DNA from: Styela clava
Lineage: Eukaryota
Assembly (NCBI RefSeq): GCF_964204865.1
Contig: NC_135261.1
Span: 8,990,001-9,054,000, forward strand
Length of the DNA stretch: 64,000 bases
Reading direction: 5' to 3'
Positions 11,901 to 24,300 of the stretch are shown here, in pieces. The notes below the pieces were generated by a model that was not told where the DNA came from, searched no databases, and worked only from the letters and a program-made list of their open reading frames with translations. The position numbers and the translations under genes were made by a program. Numbering within the stretch: the first letter of the stretch is position 1; the number at the start of each line of letters is the position of its first letter.

Positions 11901-14900
11901 CGTTGTTCCAGGCAATTTGAATCTCCCCGACGTTCGTAAGTTCGCACGTTTTGTGGAGACGGTTTCTCGGCACTTATTGAAAGCTTTCGCTTGGTCAGCT
12001 TTTTGGTTGATTCCGTCAAATTGTTGCCAGTCCTGATTGTTGTCCGTTGATCTGGTCCGTTTCAGAAGGTTAATTCAAGTCGGTTTTGTCACCATTTATA
12101 GCATATATGTTGAGAAAACTCTGTTTGATTTTATTCTCAGATTTCCACGATACACAGAATATAAATCTTATAACATTTATCCAGACTAGCTTAGAATGGT
12201 TTACATCGTCTTCTCTCTCTATCGAAAGATATCGGAGTCGTATTTATACGTTGATCATAAATCCAATTAAAAGCTGTAAACGTGAGCTCGTGATTTACGT
12301 TATTAACAGAAACTCCTGTTATCTTCATAAGGGTAATTATGTACATCGTACGGATGGGAACTTAGATATAATTATTTCAATCAGTGCCAAAGGTCTTGAG
12401 AATATAAATTTTAATTTGATAATGACTGGATGGAACATGTTATGTTTCTTAAACTGGTGTAATTTGATTCCTACGAAAGTCTTTGTTCGAATTTTGGGAA
12501 AAAATAACTTTGTCATGATGATTTCAACATGAAATGGGGTAGATTTGGGGGTTAGTTGCTATAAGTGCACAGAGGATATTAAAGAAACAAAACCTAACCA
12601 AAACAAAACGGTTGGGAGATGTCGCCTGATAACATGCATTGGACTGCATCAGCACTGTGATGAAGAAATGGGGGCGTGCGTTTGTGATGAGGGGTACAAA
12701 TACATTTCTGAGAAATGTCAGAAAGTAAAGCACAATTATTCAAAAGATCATAATATGGCAACATACAAATGCCAACGCACAATTTGTGGAAAACAACATG
12801 AACATTGTAATGAGATGGATGGTACATGCATATGTGATGATGGATATAAAAATGTTACAGGACAGTGTGTACTGGCACAGCAGATGTTGAATGAAGATGA
12901 GACTATGAAGGATGTCCAAAGTAAAAAGTTTAGACTTTTTCTCATTCAATTCAAGTTTAATGTATGCAATGAACCAACAACGTGACATTCCAATTATATA
13001 AGTAACGTTTCTGAGGTGTTCATTAACTACTAACCTTGCTTCGTATAAGAAATATTTGTGAAGATATATTAGGGGCAATTACCATACGTCCTTTGGGTTA
13101 AGGCCGTTTATTGAAATGTATTCTAGAAAATATTTTTCAAGTAACATTACGGTAATATTTTTAGGAGTAATAGTATATGCAATAGGCATAAATACCCTCT
13201 TTTACAACAGTCTCATGCAATACTTATTACGGTATTCTAGCTTCTATTGTCGAATTCGGGACAAGATGGCACATAAGTTGTCAGTCTTATCGAAAGTTAT
13301 TTCACACAAAACGTGACAACTTGCGTTTACTATGAGACCTGTGCTGTCCATAATGTAATTAATGACTGTGTGCTTTGTCTGGCCCGGGAAGATGTCAAAA
13401 GCGTCGTTCATTATTTAGCGTACTGGCCACCTGCACAAAAATATACCTCGATTTTTTTTCACTTGGACTAGGTTATGGATATCTTTTCGGAAAAATGACT
13501 ATTGAGAACTAGTCAAACCATAAGGTAGGCCTTATACACGTCGATAAAGAAGCTATGATATTTTATTTTTCAGATTCATTTCCAATTGAATCTATTTTGT
13601 TCACACTGTCCGACGAAAAAAATGAAAATGCTCGCGTCCGCTACTTATCGGTAAGGTTGCTTCATTTATATTTCATTTGTTTATTGTACAGTATATTAAT
13701 CATGTATATGATTATCCAGAAATATCTTAATTAAGGCCAATTCATCAATGACACAAGTCATCAACGGCGATCTGGCGATGGAAACTTTAATGGACATGCT
13801 TGATGGAAAAGATGCTGATTATTGGGGAATGGTTGCAAGTTATGAAACCGGGAAAATATATTTTAACGATTACAAGTAAGATTTTGTTAAAGTTGTGTAG
13901 ATAAGCATGAATTGATTTCAGGAAAATGTTCAATATCAGTCGAAATCTAGACGAATTTGTTTATTACCCACGAGGCACACAAAAGCTCGTTTTTCAAGGA
14001 TTCTTCTCGAGCCACTCTTTAAAAAGACTTAACTTGCTTTGATTTATTGACGTTTTGACTAGCACTAACTTTTGTTGAATGTCATAATGTGCGAACAATG
14101 GCGCTGGGAGACTAAAGTTGTAAATGCAAGGCCGGATTTGGGCTTAATCTGCATACTTGAACCACAGCTCGTACTTGTCTACATCACTTGACTCGATTTA
14201 ACTGCAGTAGATTTTGGACTAGATTTTGATTACTTGCTGTCAGTTGAAATTATACTTTGCATAGAATATTTACCGGACCACACATCGACTCTTTACAGGC
14301 AAGCTTGCCTCCATGAGTATGATGCACATAGCAATAAAATTGAGGCCATCGCAAATGATTTAACCGGTGGATTGGAGAACTTGGAGTATGATCGAATAAC
14401 AAACGTACTATATTGGACTGATTCAATAGATAAAACGATCATAGCAATGGAGGGCACATATCAACATTTTACGAAAATATATCAATCTGATTCAGTAGCG
14501 CCATATGGACTGGCATTACATACTACAAAGAGGTAGGTAACGTCTTTCCAATGGCCTTTAAGGGCGAAGGAAAGATGACCATGAAACCTTAATTTTGACT
14601 TTAAAATAATTTTTGGAGACATCGACTTGTCTTTACAGGCTAATATATTTCATTCGTACAGGATGCTATTTTTCTCTGTGTACAAATTGGAAAAAGGATT
14701 TATCTCAGATTCAGCTTTGGTCAAGTGTGATCTAGATGGCGGAAACCAAGAAAGTATATTGCAATTTCCATATGTGATCAGACCACGAAGTCTCGCAATT
14801 GACTATGCCACAGACAAGTAAGATTTTTAAAACCAAATCGTTCACATAGGGTTCATTGTTGAAATAGATTAAGTGGGCCCGATTCTACCCACAAGGGTCA

Positions 14901-17900
14901 AGACAGTGAAATTATATATCTTATGTAATGGAATCAAAAGCGATTGTTGATTACGTTTGGATTTATTTAATTTAAAAGCCTTTGAGTTGTCCATTTATTT
15001 TCTGTTTCGAGCCAAAATTAGCTAATTTTTAAGGTTGCTAATATATTGATTAGTATTTATTGGACCGACGTGTCAATGCACGGAGATTCTCTGGTAATGA
15101 TGAGCAAATTAGACGGAACTCAATCGAAGAGCATATTTTCAAGGGAAACAGGTTATTTCTGGGGAATAGCTATCTCACAGGTGAGTCATTTAGAATTCTT
15201 CTGCAAAAGTGCTGTTATACTTTCTTGTATAAAAATTAGAATTGCCAAATGAGGACGGAACTTCTGCGGTTCGTTCAAAAATTTCAACGTTTGCAGCTAG
15301 AGCGAACAAAAGCTAGCATCGGCAATACCACAGGACCCCCTGGATTACTTATTTATACCGGGGCAGAGGAAGGCCGATAAGGAGATTCGAACCCACGAAG
15401 GGTAACCGGAGGTGTATTCCTAATGCCTAGCATGATGCGCCACACCGCCGAGCCGACAATACGATGACAAAACTCTCATATCCGACATATCTTACATTTC
15501 TTGCGTGTGGAATTATGTACAAAAGAAATGACTATTGATATTAATTACCCTCTTCCATCTAGGAAAATATTTACGTCACCAATACGCTGAACGTCACAAC
15601 AGACAAATACGAAACATACGTCATACGTAAAGACGGAAGATCTCATTCCACCATCACGACCAATACTAAACCACGACACGTGTCGGTTTATGCTTCAAAC
15701 GAAGTATCCACGGTGCCAGGTAAATTTTTGGGCTAGAAGTATGTATATTTGTATTTTTCAATTATTTCCTGATACGTGCCAAAATGTATTTCAGTGAAAA
15801 ATGAATGCGAGTTTAACAAGTGTGATCACATATGTCTTTCGTCGTCGACCGGTGAACATAGATGCATGTGCTCTTCTGGCTTTCAGTTAAAGTTCGGTTC
15901 AATATGTGAAACAAGTAAGTATCATAAAAAGTAATTTTTGTCGTTATCTTTGACTTTCGTGCATGTGTTCTTCTGGTTTTCAGTTGAAGTTCGGTTTAAA
16001 ATGTGAAACAAGTAAGTACCATTAGGAATAAATCTTGTCGTAATGTTTGCCTTTCGTAGGAGTACTTTAAGGACAGGGGTCACGCATCACTGATGATTTA
16101 CTTTAGTTTGAATCACCCAGGAGCATGGCTGGCATTGACGCAGAGCAGTTCTCATATCCAATCTGAACTAGTAACCGTGGTTCCCGTTTTTTAATCTAGT
16201 GCCATCCAATGATAACAGTTGTAGCAAAAAATTTTTTTTAGCTGTTACTATGAAATCCGAAATGGCATACAGCAAGGTAGTGTCATGGGTCCATTCCTGT
16301 TTTTTATTTTTAATTTGACCACAACATATAAGGGGATAAAACATCAACTCCAATTCCACAGGTCCTCTCCTGAACGATTATTTACTCGTTGCCGATATCG
16401 GACAAAAGGGTTTGTTTCAAATACCATTCGACGACAAAGAAGAAAATCTAGGAAACATGACTGCAATAGATGGTTTGTTTAAATGGTGTAATATTGAATA
16501 ACGAGACAACAAATTTACTTCAAATTTGCTAATTTTCGCTTCGAACCTTCCCAGTTCACACAACGGAGAAAATATACGCGGTTGCCGTGGATCCAAGCAA
16601 CGGTGAGATGGCATGGTACGACTTAGAAAAAGAAGAAATTTTCTGGGGACATAGAATATTGTCATTTGGAGAAGCCGGTATGTTGCTGGACTAGTATTCT
16701 GATGAGCCGCGGTGATTTGCAATATGATTAAGCCATCTTGGTTCATTTCATCTCTGTTGTTTATTCCCAAAACGTCTCTTTTCTGGTAGGTGGTGGTAGC
16801 CTGATTACAATACCGCAATTCTATCGGTTTATTGAGTCGTTTAATCTGCTTTTTTTTCGGTGAATACGGTCGGCTCTTTTTTTTCAGTTTCAAGTATAGT
16901 TATACATCCTTGTGAAGAAAAGATATATTGGGCTTCAATTACGGGAATATACTCATGGGATGGAAAACGATCATTTGCAATTAAAACTTTATATACATCT
17001 TCAGTTTTCACAAACATGGAAATTCGAGAAATTGAGATCGACTTTTTACGAAGGTAATCCCTTTAGATTCGATTTGTTATTATAACTTACAAAACCAATG
17101 TGCACCATATAATTCAACCATTGTTTTACAGTCGGATTTACTGGACAGAATACGATGCTCTATTTCAGAAAGGACGTATTATGCAAAGTAATTTAGATGG
17201 AAAGAACAGAAAACGGGTGCTTGACACCAAAATTGTTAAAGGAATGACAATTGACTATGAAAGTGAGTATAAACTAATAAATATGATAAGCACTAGAATT
17301 GAAAAACTTAATTCGTCATATAACAATTAAATATAGCTACTCGTTAGTCGTTATAGAGCACACAGATTGATCTGAACCTAGACTAACAAGAAGCATTAAT
17401 CCAACCCGGAAAATACCTCAAATAAAGCTCAGATACTCTAACCCTAAATAGAGTTTATCATCTTCTTGAGTGTGTCTACGAAAATTTGAAATAGCGTCTT
17501 CAACAAACTGATTGTAAACCATGCCGGTTCAGGCTTACAAAGATGACTATAGCTTTATTAAATTAAAGCGAACCTGAAACGCGTGAAAAAAAAACTCCGA
17601 AAATATATAGGCTGTATGTTGCATTCGAAAATGTACAATCCTTTAAAAAACAATTACAAATATATTCAGCAGCTTAACAATATTTTCTATTTCAAATAAT
17701 CTATTTTATTCCTTTTGACAGCTGATACCCTTTACGTTATGTCAATGGTTGATGGCACTATGTATTCAATACAACTGGATCAAGCAAATAAACTACCACT
17801 GAATCAAAATACATACAGCGTCACTAAAATCACACCATTTTTAAAAGAGGGAACTTTCCTAATATTCGAGTAAGTGAAATAGCAATTATCGAAAATGCAA

Positions 17901-19135
17901 GATATTTAAAAGGGGTGTTACACTAATATCAAATGGGTGGTTAACGTTAGGATGATGTTTTCACTTTGTTGAGCATGAATTATTTGAAAATGATGTAATT
18001 TTGAATACACCCATCAAAATAACACTATAAATACCACTGGAATGATAAACCATGAGTGCTGGAAGCCTACGAAATGGGGCCACGAGCCATAAAAGATTGG
18101 GAACCACTGCGAGTGAAAGTATTCATATGACACGTGATACGTACAGTTGGGACAAGACATTTTCAAGACTATTTTATTTACTACTGGTAACATATCCCGA
18201 ATTTGCAGCGTTTCTGTTGTCAACGGCTGGGTGTACCTCGCCGACTCTGAAGCTTCACACATACACCGCTTTGATCTCAAAAAAGGTCCCTCATCAATGG
18301 AATCGCATGGTCCATCAGAATTGTTCTTCGTCCCAACAATGACTTTTTACAGCAAGGACTATTTTAAAAACTATATAAGTAAGTAATCATAGTTCAATTC
18401 TATATTAATTAACCATACATCAATTCATGGACATTATAGCCCATGGACACTATTCATTTTTCTATGCAAAGATTATTTTTGACCCCACAAAATTTTATGT
18501 TTTTTAAGTAGGATAGTCCCTAATGGAAATTTCGAAATATCTCAAATTCAATGTACACGTATTATAATAGAGTATATACAAAGAGATAAAGCTGCTCTCC
18601 GAGAAAAATCGTAAAAAGTTTGTATTAATAATACAAATATTATCAAAATAGTTCTGGATCTTTTTCTATATGGGCTATAGCATTTTTTCCTTCTTTTACT
18701 GTTGTTTATTAAATTGACCTTTGAGCATATGGAAAAGGATCTAATGATTTGGAAGGATTGTCTAAACAATTTGATGAACGATGATTATTTAACTTCACGA
18801 AAAATAAGTAAAGAAGTATATAAACTTCTACGTACCCTGTCAGTATTGAAATTACAGACAATTCGAAAATAGATGGGCTAAACACTAAACTATATAAAAT
18901 CAGTGACTGCCTTGTTCGGTCGAAAGGCTTGAATTCAAAATACATAAATATACCGAATTTTATAATATATATTTCAGAAGACAAATGCCCAACTGACGAG
19001 TCGTCAACGAGTCCACCAACTTCCGACAACGTAGAAGTTGAGACAGATGACGACGACTGCGAAGAAATATTATTAAACGGAAGTTTTAGTGACTATCTCG
19101 ATTGTATGTTTGGACTTCTTGAAGCAATTATGTAA
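5939..19135 (+). CDS. Secreted multi-domain protein: signal peptide, Cys-containing N-terminal region, 5 EGF-like repeats, YWTD beta-propeller, EGF, second YWTD propeller, acidic tail (LRP/nidogen/EGF-precursor-like, no TM). Interrupted in this haplotype by an LTR element
   Basis: Exons: 5939-5993 (MNTWKVAIPILLWVLYVE, signal-like); 7569-7670 (tentative, junction to next exon unresolved); ~8203/8205-8330; 8414-8615; 9194-9366; 9622-10048 + 12568-12920 (one exon split by the LTR element); 13574-13650; 13736-13875; 14299-14532 (LYWTD); 14662-14817; 15054-15180 (IYWTD); 15563-15719; 15795-15914 (EGF CEFNKCDHICLSS...CMCSSGFQL...C); 16362-16472; 16888-17053; 17132-17262 (IYWTE); 17722-17869; 18209-18378 (VYLAD); 18978-19135 (TAA). 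Phases match at all junctions from 8330 onward. AATAAA near 19276. Confidence 0.85.
7760..7965 (+). mobile_element. Interspersed SINE-family body copy
   Basis: Shares GGTTACGACTTT.TCCACCATCAAGTC and CGCCATATG.TTAAGC.GTCT with copies at ~56330-56450, 30748-31032 (rc) and 59480-59660 (rc). Confidence 0.6.
10629..10640 (-). other. Polypurine tract of the LTR element
   Basis: Minus strand AAGATGGGGAGA, 3 nt before the 3' LTR. Confidence 0.75.
10960..11169. repeat. 54-bp tandem repeat, ~4 copies, inside the LTR element
   Basis: Unit GACCTAGTTGGTCAATATATGCTTGTCCCATGTCGGGAAGAAAAAACGCGTTGC. Confidence 0.95.
12075..12094 (-). other. Primer-binding site of the LTR element (tRNA-Trp-like)
   Basis: Minus strand reads LTR-AA-TGGTGACAAAACCGACTTGA. 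TGG pairs with tRNA CCA, and TGGTGAC...CCGAC resembles the tRNA-Trp PBS TGGTGACCCCGACGTGA. Confidence 0.7.
15863..16056 (+). repeat. 97-bp tandem duplication of the EGF exon 3' end plus donor
   Basis: 15863-15959 vs 15960-16056. Both contain TGTGAAACAA|GTAAGTA. Confidence 0.85.
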
Positions 19136-21303
19136 ATCGAGCTTTCAGTTACATATCTCGTTACTGTGAGCAGAATTGTTGGGATGTATAGGTTCATATT
19201 GCATGATAACAAAAATGATCGCAATCCCGAAGTTTGTATTGTTATCAATATATTTTGTTAATTAATTTGTTGAAAATAAAGATTGATTTATTGAAAAAAG
19301 TGGTTATTGTTTAAAGTGTTCAGTACTCGATTTAATACAGCGATATTTCATATATATATGAGAATGAAAGATGTGTAGAGAGTTAATTTCAAACAAATGA
19401 ACCTTTCTCAAAAAATTGATATCAAACTGTATATTTTTGGAAATTTTCAAGAATAAAATGCCCCATTTTACGGAGTAGAATAGAATAGAGTATTAGCTGT
19501 GCCCCACAGAAATCAGGATTAGAATTGCACTGCACTCTTGTTGAATACCATACAGTTTGTAGATGGTCATTCATGAGTATAATGCAAAAAAAACTTGCTT
19601 TTATATGTCGAAAGCGTACTACATTAAAAACAAGAGAGGAATGCTTAAATATCTGGATAAAAAGTTCCAACAAATAACCGCAGCACCAGGAGAGCCTACG
19701 CAACTAACACGGGGATGTGGCTGATCACCGAGTTCGCAAAATCAAAATGAAGTACAGCTATGAGTGACGTAATCGGTTACGCTTGACAGAATAACAACAG
19801 AGCCTCCGTGAATCAACCATTGAGGTGTTATATAGGGGCTAGGCTACACCTCAATGGAATCAACATAAGAGAGCAATGCTAAAATAAATGGACACGAAAG
19901 CCAAAACGAAACATTTTACAATCTTCAACCACTGAAAACTTCAAAGTAATTAGTATAGTAGTTAAAAAGAAAAGCGTTTTTTTTTAATAACAACAGGAAC
20001 AAAAGAGCGATGCTTAAATATAACGACACGAAGTAGTACGGGTATCTAATCTTTCACATTACCGATACCATAGGCTGCCGTTGTCTTCCTGACTTCGAGT
20101 GACCACAAGCACGCAATTATCGTGAACGCTCGATTGGAATCGTCATAAGATGCGCAATTTTTAAGCTTGATAATTCATCGCACACGAAAATAACGAATTC
20201 CGCACAAGTCTTTGAAATTAATAAAAGTAAAAGCTTTCTAGAGAAAAATACAATCTTTAGCTGCAAATTTCAAAGCAATCGATTCAGTAGTCATTGAGAA
20301 AAGCGACTTTTTCACAACAAGAACGAACGAAAAAGAATTTAAACCACATAATATTGAAACGATCTATAGGATTTCGTGTCCAACAACCAAATTGATGGAT
20401 GATGATATGATGAAATATCTTGTAGAACTGAGCGAATTTTTTAAAATAGCTTTTTGGCGACTACTTTCACTTTTAAGAACTGTAGCCTAATTCCTACTCG
20501 CATTTGTTTTCTGGTCACACATACTTTTTATTGACTTTCTTGCTATGATATGTCGCATAGCGTGGTAATAATGCATTATGAGCGTATCATAAGATTTCCG
20601 GATGATACCAATCGAAAAATGTTCTTTTCCTATTGTAAAGTTGTAATAATCTGATTCGTTACGGGGAATAACGGGTTATATGCACTTTGGTGTACGCTTG
20701 ACACAGAATGAAGGAGGCACGTGGTAAAAATCATTTCATTTGTACCCTTTAAAAGTTACTGACGCAAGACATCCCGATATCTCTCTGCGTTGTAGTGGCT
20801 ATTCAGATGTCAGTTTTTCTGCTTCTAGCAAAATGGATTCACCGCTCGACGACCGCGGAAAAACGGCGACATTTTCTTTATCTCGATATTTTACGATCTT
20901 ATGTTAGTATTTTGCCAAAAGTCGTAAAAACTTGAGACAGGTCTGCTATATGTTACTCCTTTTAGTAGTATCTGTAACGTTGTAAATTTATCACACGACA
21001 TTTCTGAGAAAAGCTGCGATCAAAATTCCGCCTTAACCAACCTAACAAAACAGTGCTCTTTGACAAAAACACGTCATGGACCCGTGATACCTGTATTTTG
21101 GTAACCGTGAAAAGTAATGAATGTTAGCTTAAATATCATGACGGATAAGTTACATAAAAGTCGTGAGCAAAACATAAATTAAAATAAAAAATAAGCTACA
21201 AGAACTACATAGATTACTAAAACGTGAAATATACAGTGACATATATCTTTCCTCTTATATGGAACTTTATATAAACATCATCTATATGGCAACAAGTCCT
21301 CAA

Positions 21304-24300
21304 TTATGGACGCGCTGAGTATATGTCATTGTGATTCTGTAAATACTGCATATGATTGGCCTGCTGATAATAGTCTGGATTTGATAGAACATTATCTTCC
21401 AAATTTTGCTGATTCTCTGGAAAAGATAATTCTTCCAGATAAGACCTCTCACTGAAGCAATCTGACGACGCTCCATCAGAAAATGACGACATCAGGACTA
21501 TGTCGCTGGGAGGACGCGCACTATTTTGACCGGAGTAGACAGAGTCGGATGATGCCACATTTCCTTCGTTTTGGCGTCCGTTCGTGCCATAAAATGGCGC
21601 TTGTAGCTGCTGGTGAGTGTTTCCTTGAACGGCATTCTGATCATTATAGCGGTAAAGATTGGGTGAATTTATCCCTGTAAAAAGGTACATTAAGTTAAAC
21701 TTCATTATTTTCATAATATCCTATGACAGAGCAAAGCCGTTAAGTAAGAAAGCGTTTAGGCCGAGCGAATACCGGCCTGTCTGTGTACTGTGTACATATG
21801 CCACGTATGGCATTACTACATTTGTTTAAATCTAGTAAACATATCCAAAAAGGCAATTCATCATTTGACTAAGTGTGCCATGCCACCATTTTAAATAAAC
21901 TTGAAATTCGATACCAGCTAATCAAAAGGGCATCTGCCTGCCTGTTAATTCCCAATTCTTTATTTATGAGTATGTGTCGAGGGACCCACGAGCCTTTCAC
22001 CGCGAATCAAATGTCATGGATCAAATGCACTGGGTAGTCGACACGAACGAAAATCAATAGAATTGTCAGAGCGCGAGACTGAAAATCGAAGTTTTAGTGT
22101 TAGCTTGACCGTTCAATTTGTTCGGCGATTAAGGGAATTCAGTCTTGACTCTCAGCGAGCTCAGAGTCAAGCTCGAATCAGCATTAAACTTGACAATAAA
22201 CTGAAGTAGCATTGAGGTACCTCTATGGATTTATCTCAGCTTCATGTACGAAAATTCTAACACTAAATCATTATGGTAATTAGTATCACTAGGTTATATT
22301 TTTGCTGGGTTTTTAATAAAGTCCGTGTTTTCCTTTTTTAACATAAAAACATTAATGATAACAACAAGAGTAATACTACGAGCAGGTATATAAAAAAAAG
22401 TAATCAACATCAAAGTAAGACATACCGGGCTCCATTATGTTTATGTTGGGTGCTTGCATGTATCCACTCTGTAAATGTCTTTGTGGAAGTCGACTGTACA
22501 AATGCCTTCTTGAACTATACATGCTCACTTGTTTCATTCGCCGTTCTTTACTTCGACGATTTTGAAACCACACCTGCGACAGAAATACATGCTTCAAGTA
22601 AATTGTTTTCAAACGTAAAGGTAAGTTAAAGAAATTCTGCTAATTTGTATTTTGTTGCCGATAGCAACACGCTATTTTGGGGTCGATATTCAAAATTCGA
22701 TAAGAACACATTGAAAAAAAATGGAATGGTGGAGAAATATAAAACTTGGGTTGAAAAATGTGGAAAACAATTTCAAATATATATAGTATATTTTAACTGA
22801 TGTTTGGGGCCCCACATTCAGTTACATCGAAGAGAAGCGTATGCTATGCGGTTATTATAAATCGTAATTGTGCGTATATATATATATATTCAGCACAAAA
22901 TGAACTTTATTTGTGGAACACCAATTACGCAAATTTTGTAATGCCATGGCTATAAAGGTCTGACACAATGTAATTGTATGGATGTATCTATGTTTATTTG
23001 CCTCAAAAATATAACAGTTTCTGCGTAATATTTAAACAGTATAACAGTATAATGTTTCCTTTTATTCAGAAACAACCCAGATTTTGGGAGAAACTGTTAC
23101 TTATGCGTGTTGAAAATACTGAGTTTATACCATTTTTTTCACTCGTTAAAAATTGACATCTTTAAACATCAATCGTGTGAATTTTACCTGTATAACCCGC
23201 ATGGACAATCCCGTGTCTTTCGCCAACTGTTCCCGTATATGTCTCGTCGGCTTTGGTGTCGCTATAAAAGCAGATTTCAACATGTCTAACTGTTTTGCTT
23301 TTATAGTCGTTCGCGGTCCCCTCTTTTTTCCAGTGCCAGCCGACTGGGAGTTAACGATATCCCCGTGCTCGATGCGACAGGACGATTCGTCGCCGTGGTC
23401 AAAAGAAGCGGAGGTTTCATCAGTCTCTCCTCCTTCCTCGTAAAAATCAACGGCGGTTGTGGTTTCTCGTGATGGCTCGTCAGCCGCCATATTGTTTTGT
23501 GCACCTCTTTCCGGAGTCTGGACTATATATGCAAAAGTAAAATAATTGTACAAACACCTTTGCTACATGAATTAGCCCGATGGAATATTTGACTTTTCCG
23601 AACCGAACCGGTTCGCTGGACTGATTTTGATGGACATGTAATCAGGCCTAATTTTGCCTCTGAGACGCACTTCTCAACCTCCTATTTAATTATTATTTTC
23701 AACATTCTTTTCCAACTCTTGAAAAATTTGGAAACTTCGATTACACTGCAATCACCAATTGCTCTTCTTATACCAATTCGCAATACTGTATATCAAATTA
23801 TTGCTAAAAATGCTTAAAAATAGGATGAGAGAAGTTGTTTTGAAATTAAATCCTGTTTACATAATGTTTTAACGCCATTAGAATAAATATTGATGAACAA
23901 GGCAAAGAAAACGATGTCTTATGGCTTTAAAATGTATTTTCGTACAAAAATACTTTTCGTACAAAGATACTTTTTGGGACCTCCTGAAGTATGCGCACCA
24001 AGATGGTGCACAACCTGAACTCATGTTGTGTACTAGGTTAGGGTTCAGGTTGTGGACATCTTGGTGCGCATACTTCGGGAGTACCCTTTTTTGTTATCAA
24101 ATTATCGTGGCCAAGTTACCTGATGACTTTATAAAATTTTCTTCGTTGCACGGTGGTCCGTTTTTGTTCTCATTTTGTAAAAGATTTGATTCATTTGCGT
24201 TGTTCACTTTATCTTCAGGTTGTTCGAAATCAAGCCCGGGAATGCCGTTTTCAGGTGCAACTCCAGGTGTATTTTCAAAAAACTGAGATGAGTTAGACGA

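Larger units (their letters stand above)
10049..12563 (-). mobile_element. Non-autonomous LTR retrotransposon (TRIM/LARD-like, Gypsy-type signals) inserted in a coding exon
   Basis: Direct repeats 10049-10625 and 12097-12563, each bounded by TATAGCA...TGCTATA. 451 shared bp with one mismatch seen (10492 G / 12430 A). TSD AGTG at 10045-10048 and 12564-12567. Minus-strand PBS and PPT next to the LTRs. No gag/pol ORF in the 1.47-kb interior. Confidence 0.93.

Noticed and set aside
10118-12532. Twin 158-aa and 148-aa ORFs as duplicated genes
   Set aside because: They are the two LTR copies read antisense to the element, with no recognisable domain.
10046-12555. Rescue by splicing out the LTR element (GT 10046 to AG 12555 would be in frame)
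   Set aside because: The donor GTGTAT is weak and the acceptor is preceded by a G-run rather than a pyrimidine tract. Unsupported without RNA data.
16417-16893. 158-aa minus-strand ORF
   Set aside because: Lies antisense in an intron of gene 1, has no domain similarity, and has no supporting exon structure.
18147-18208. Apparent frameshift in gene 1 at acceptor 18146
   Set aside because: The downstream acceptor TTTGCAG|C (exon start 18209) fits phase 2 and gives FLIFDVSVVNGWVYLAD, so no frameshift is needed.
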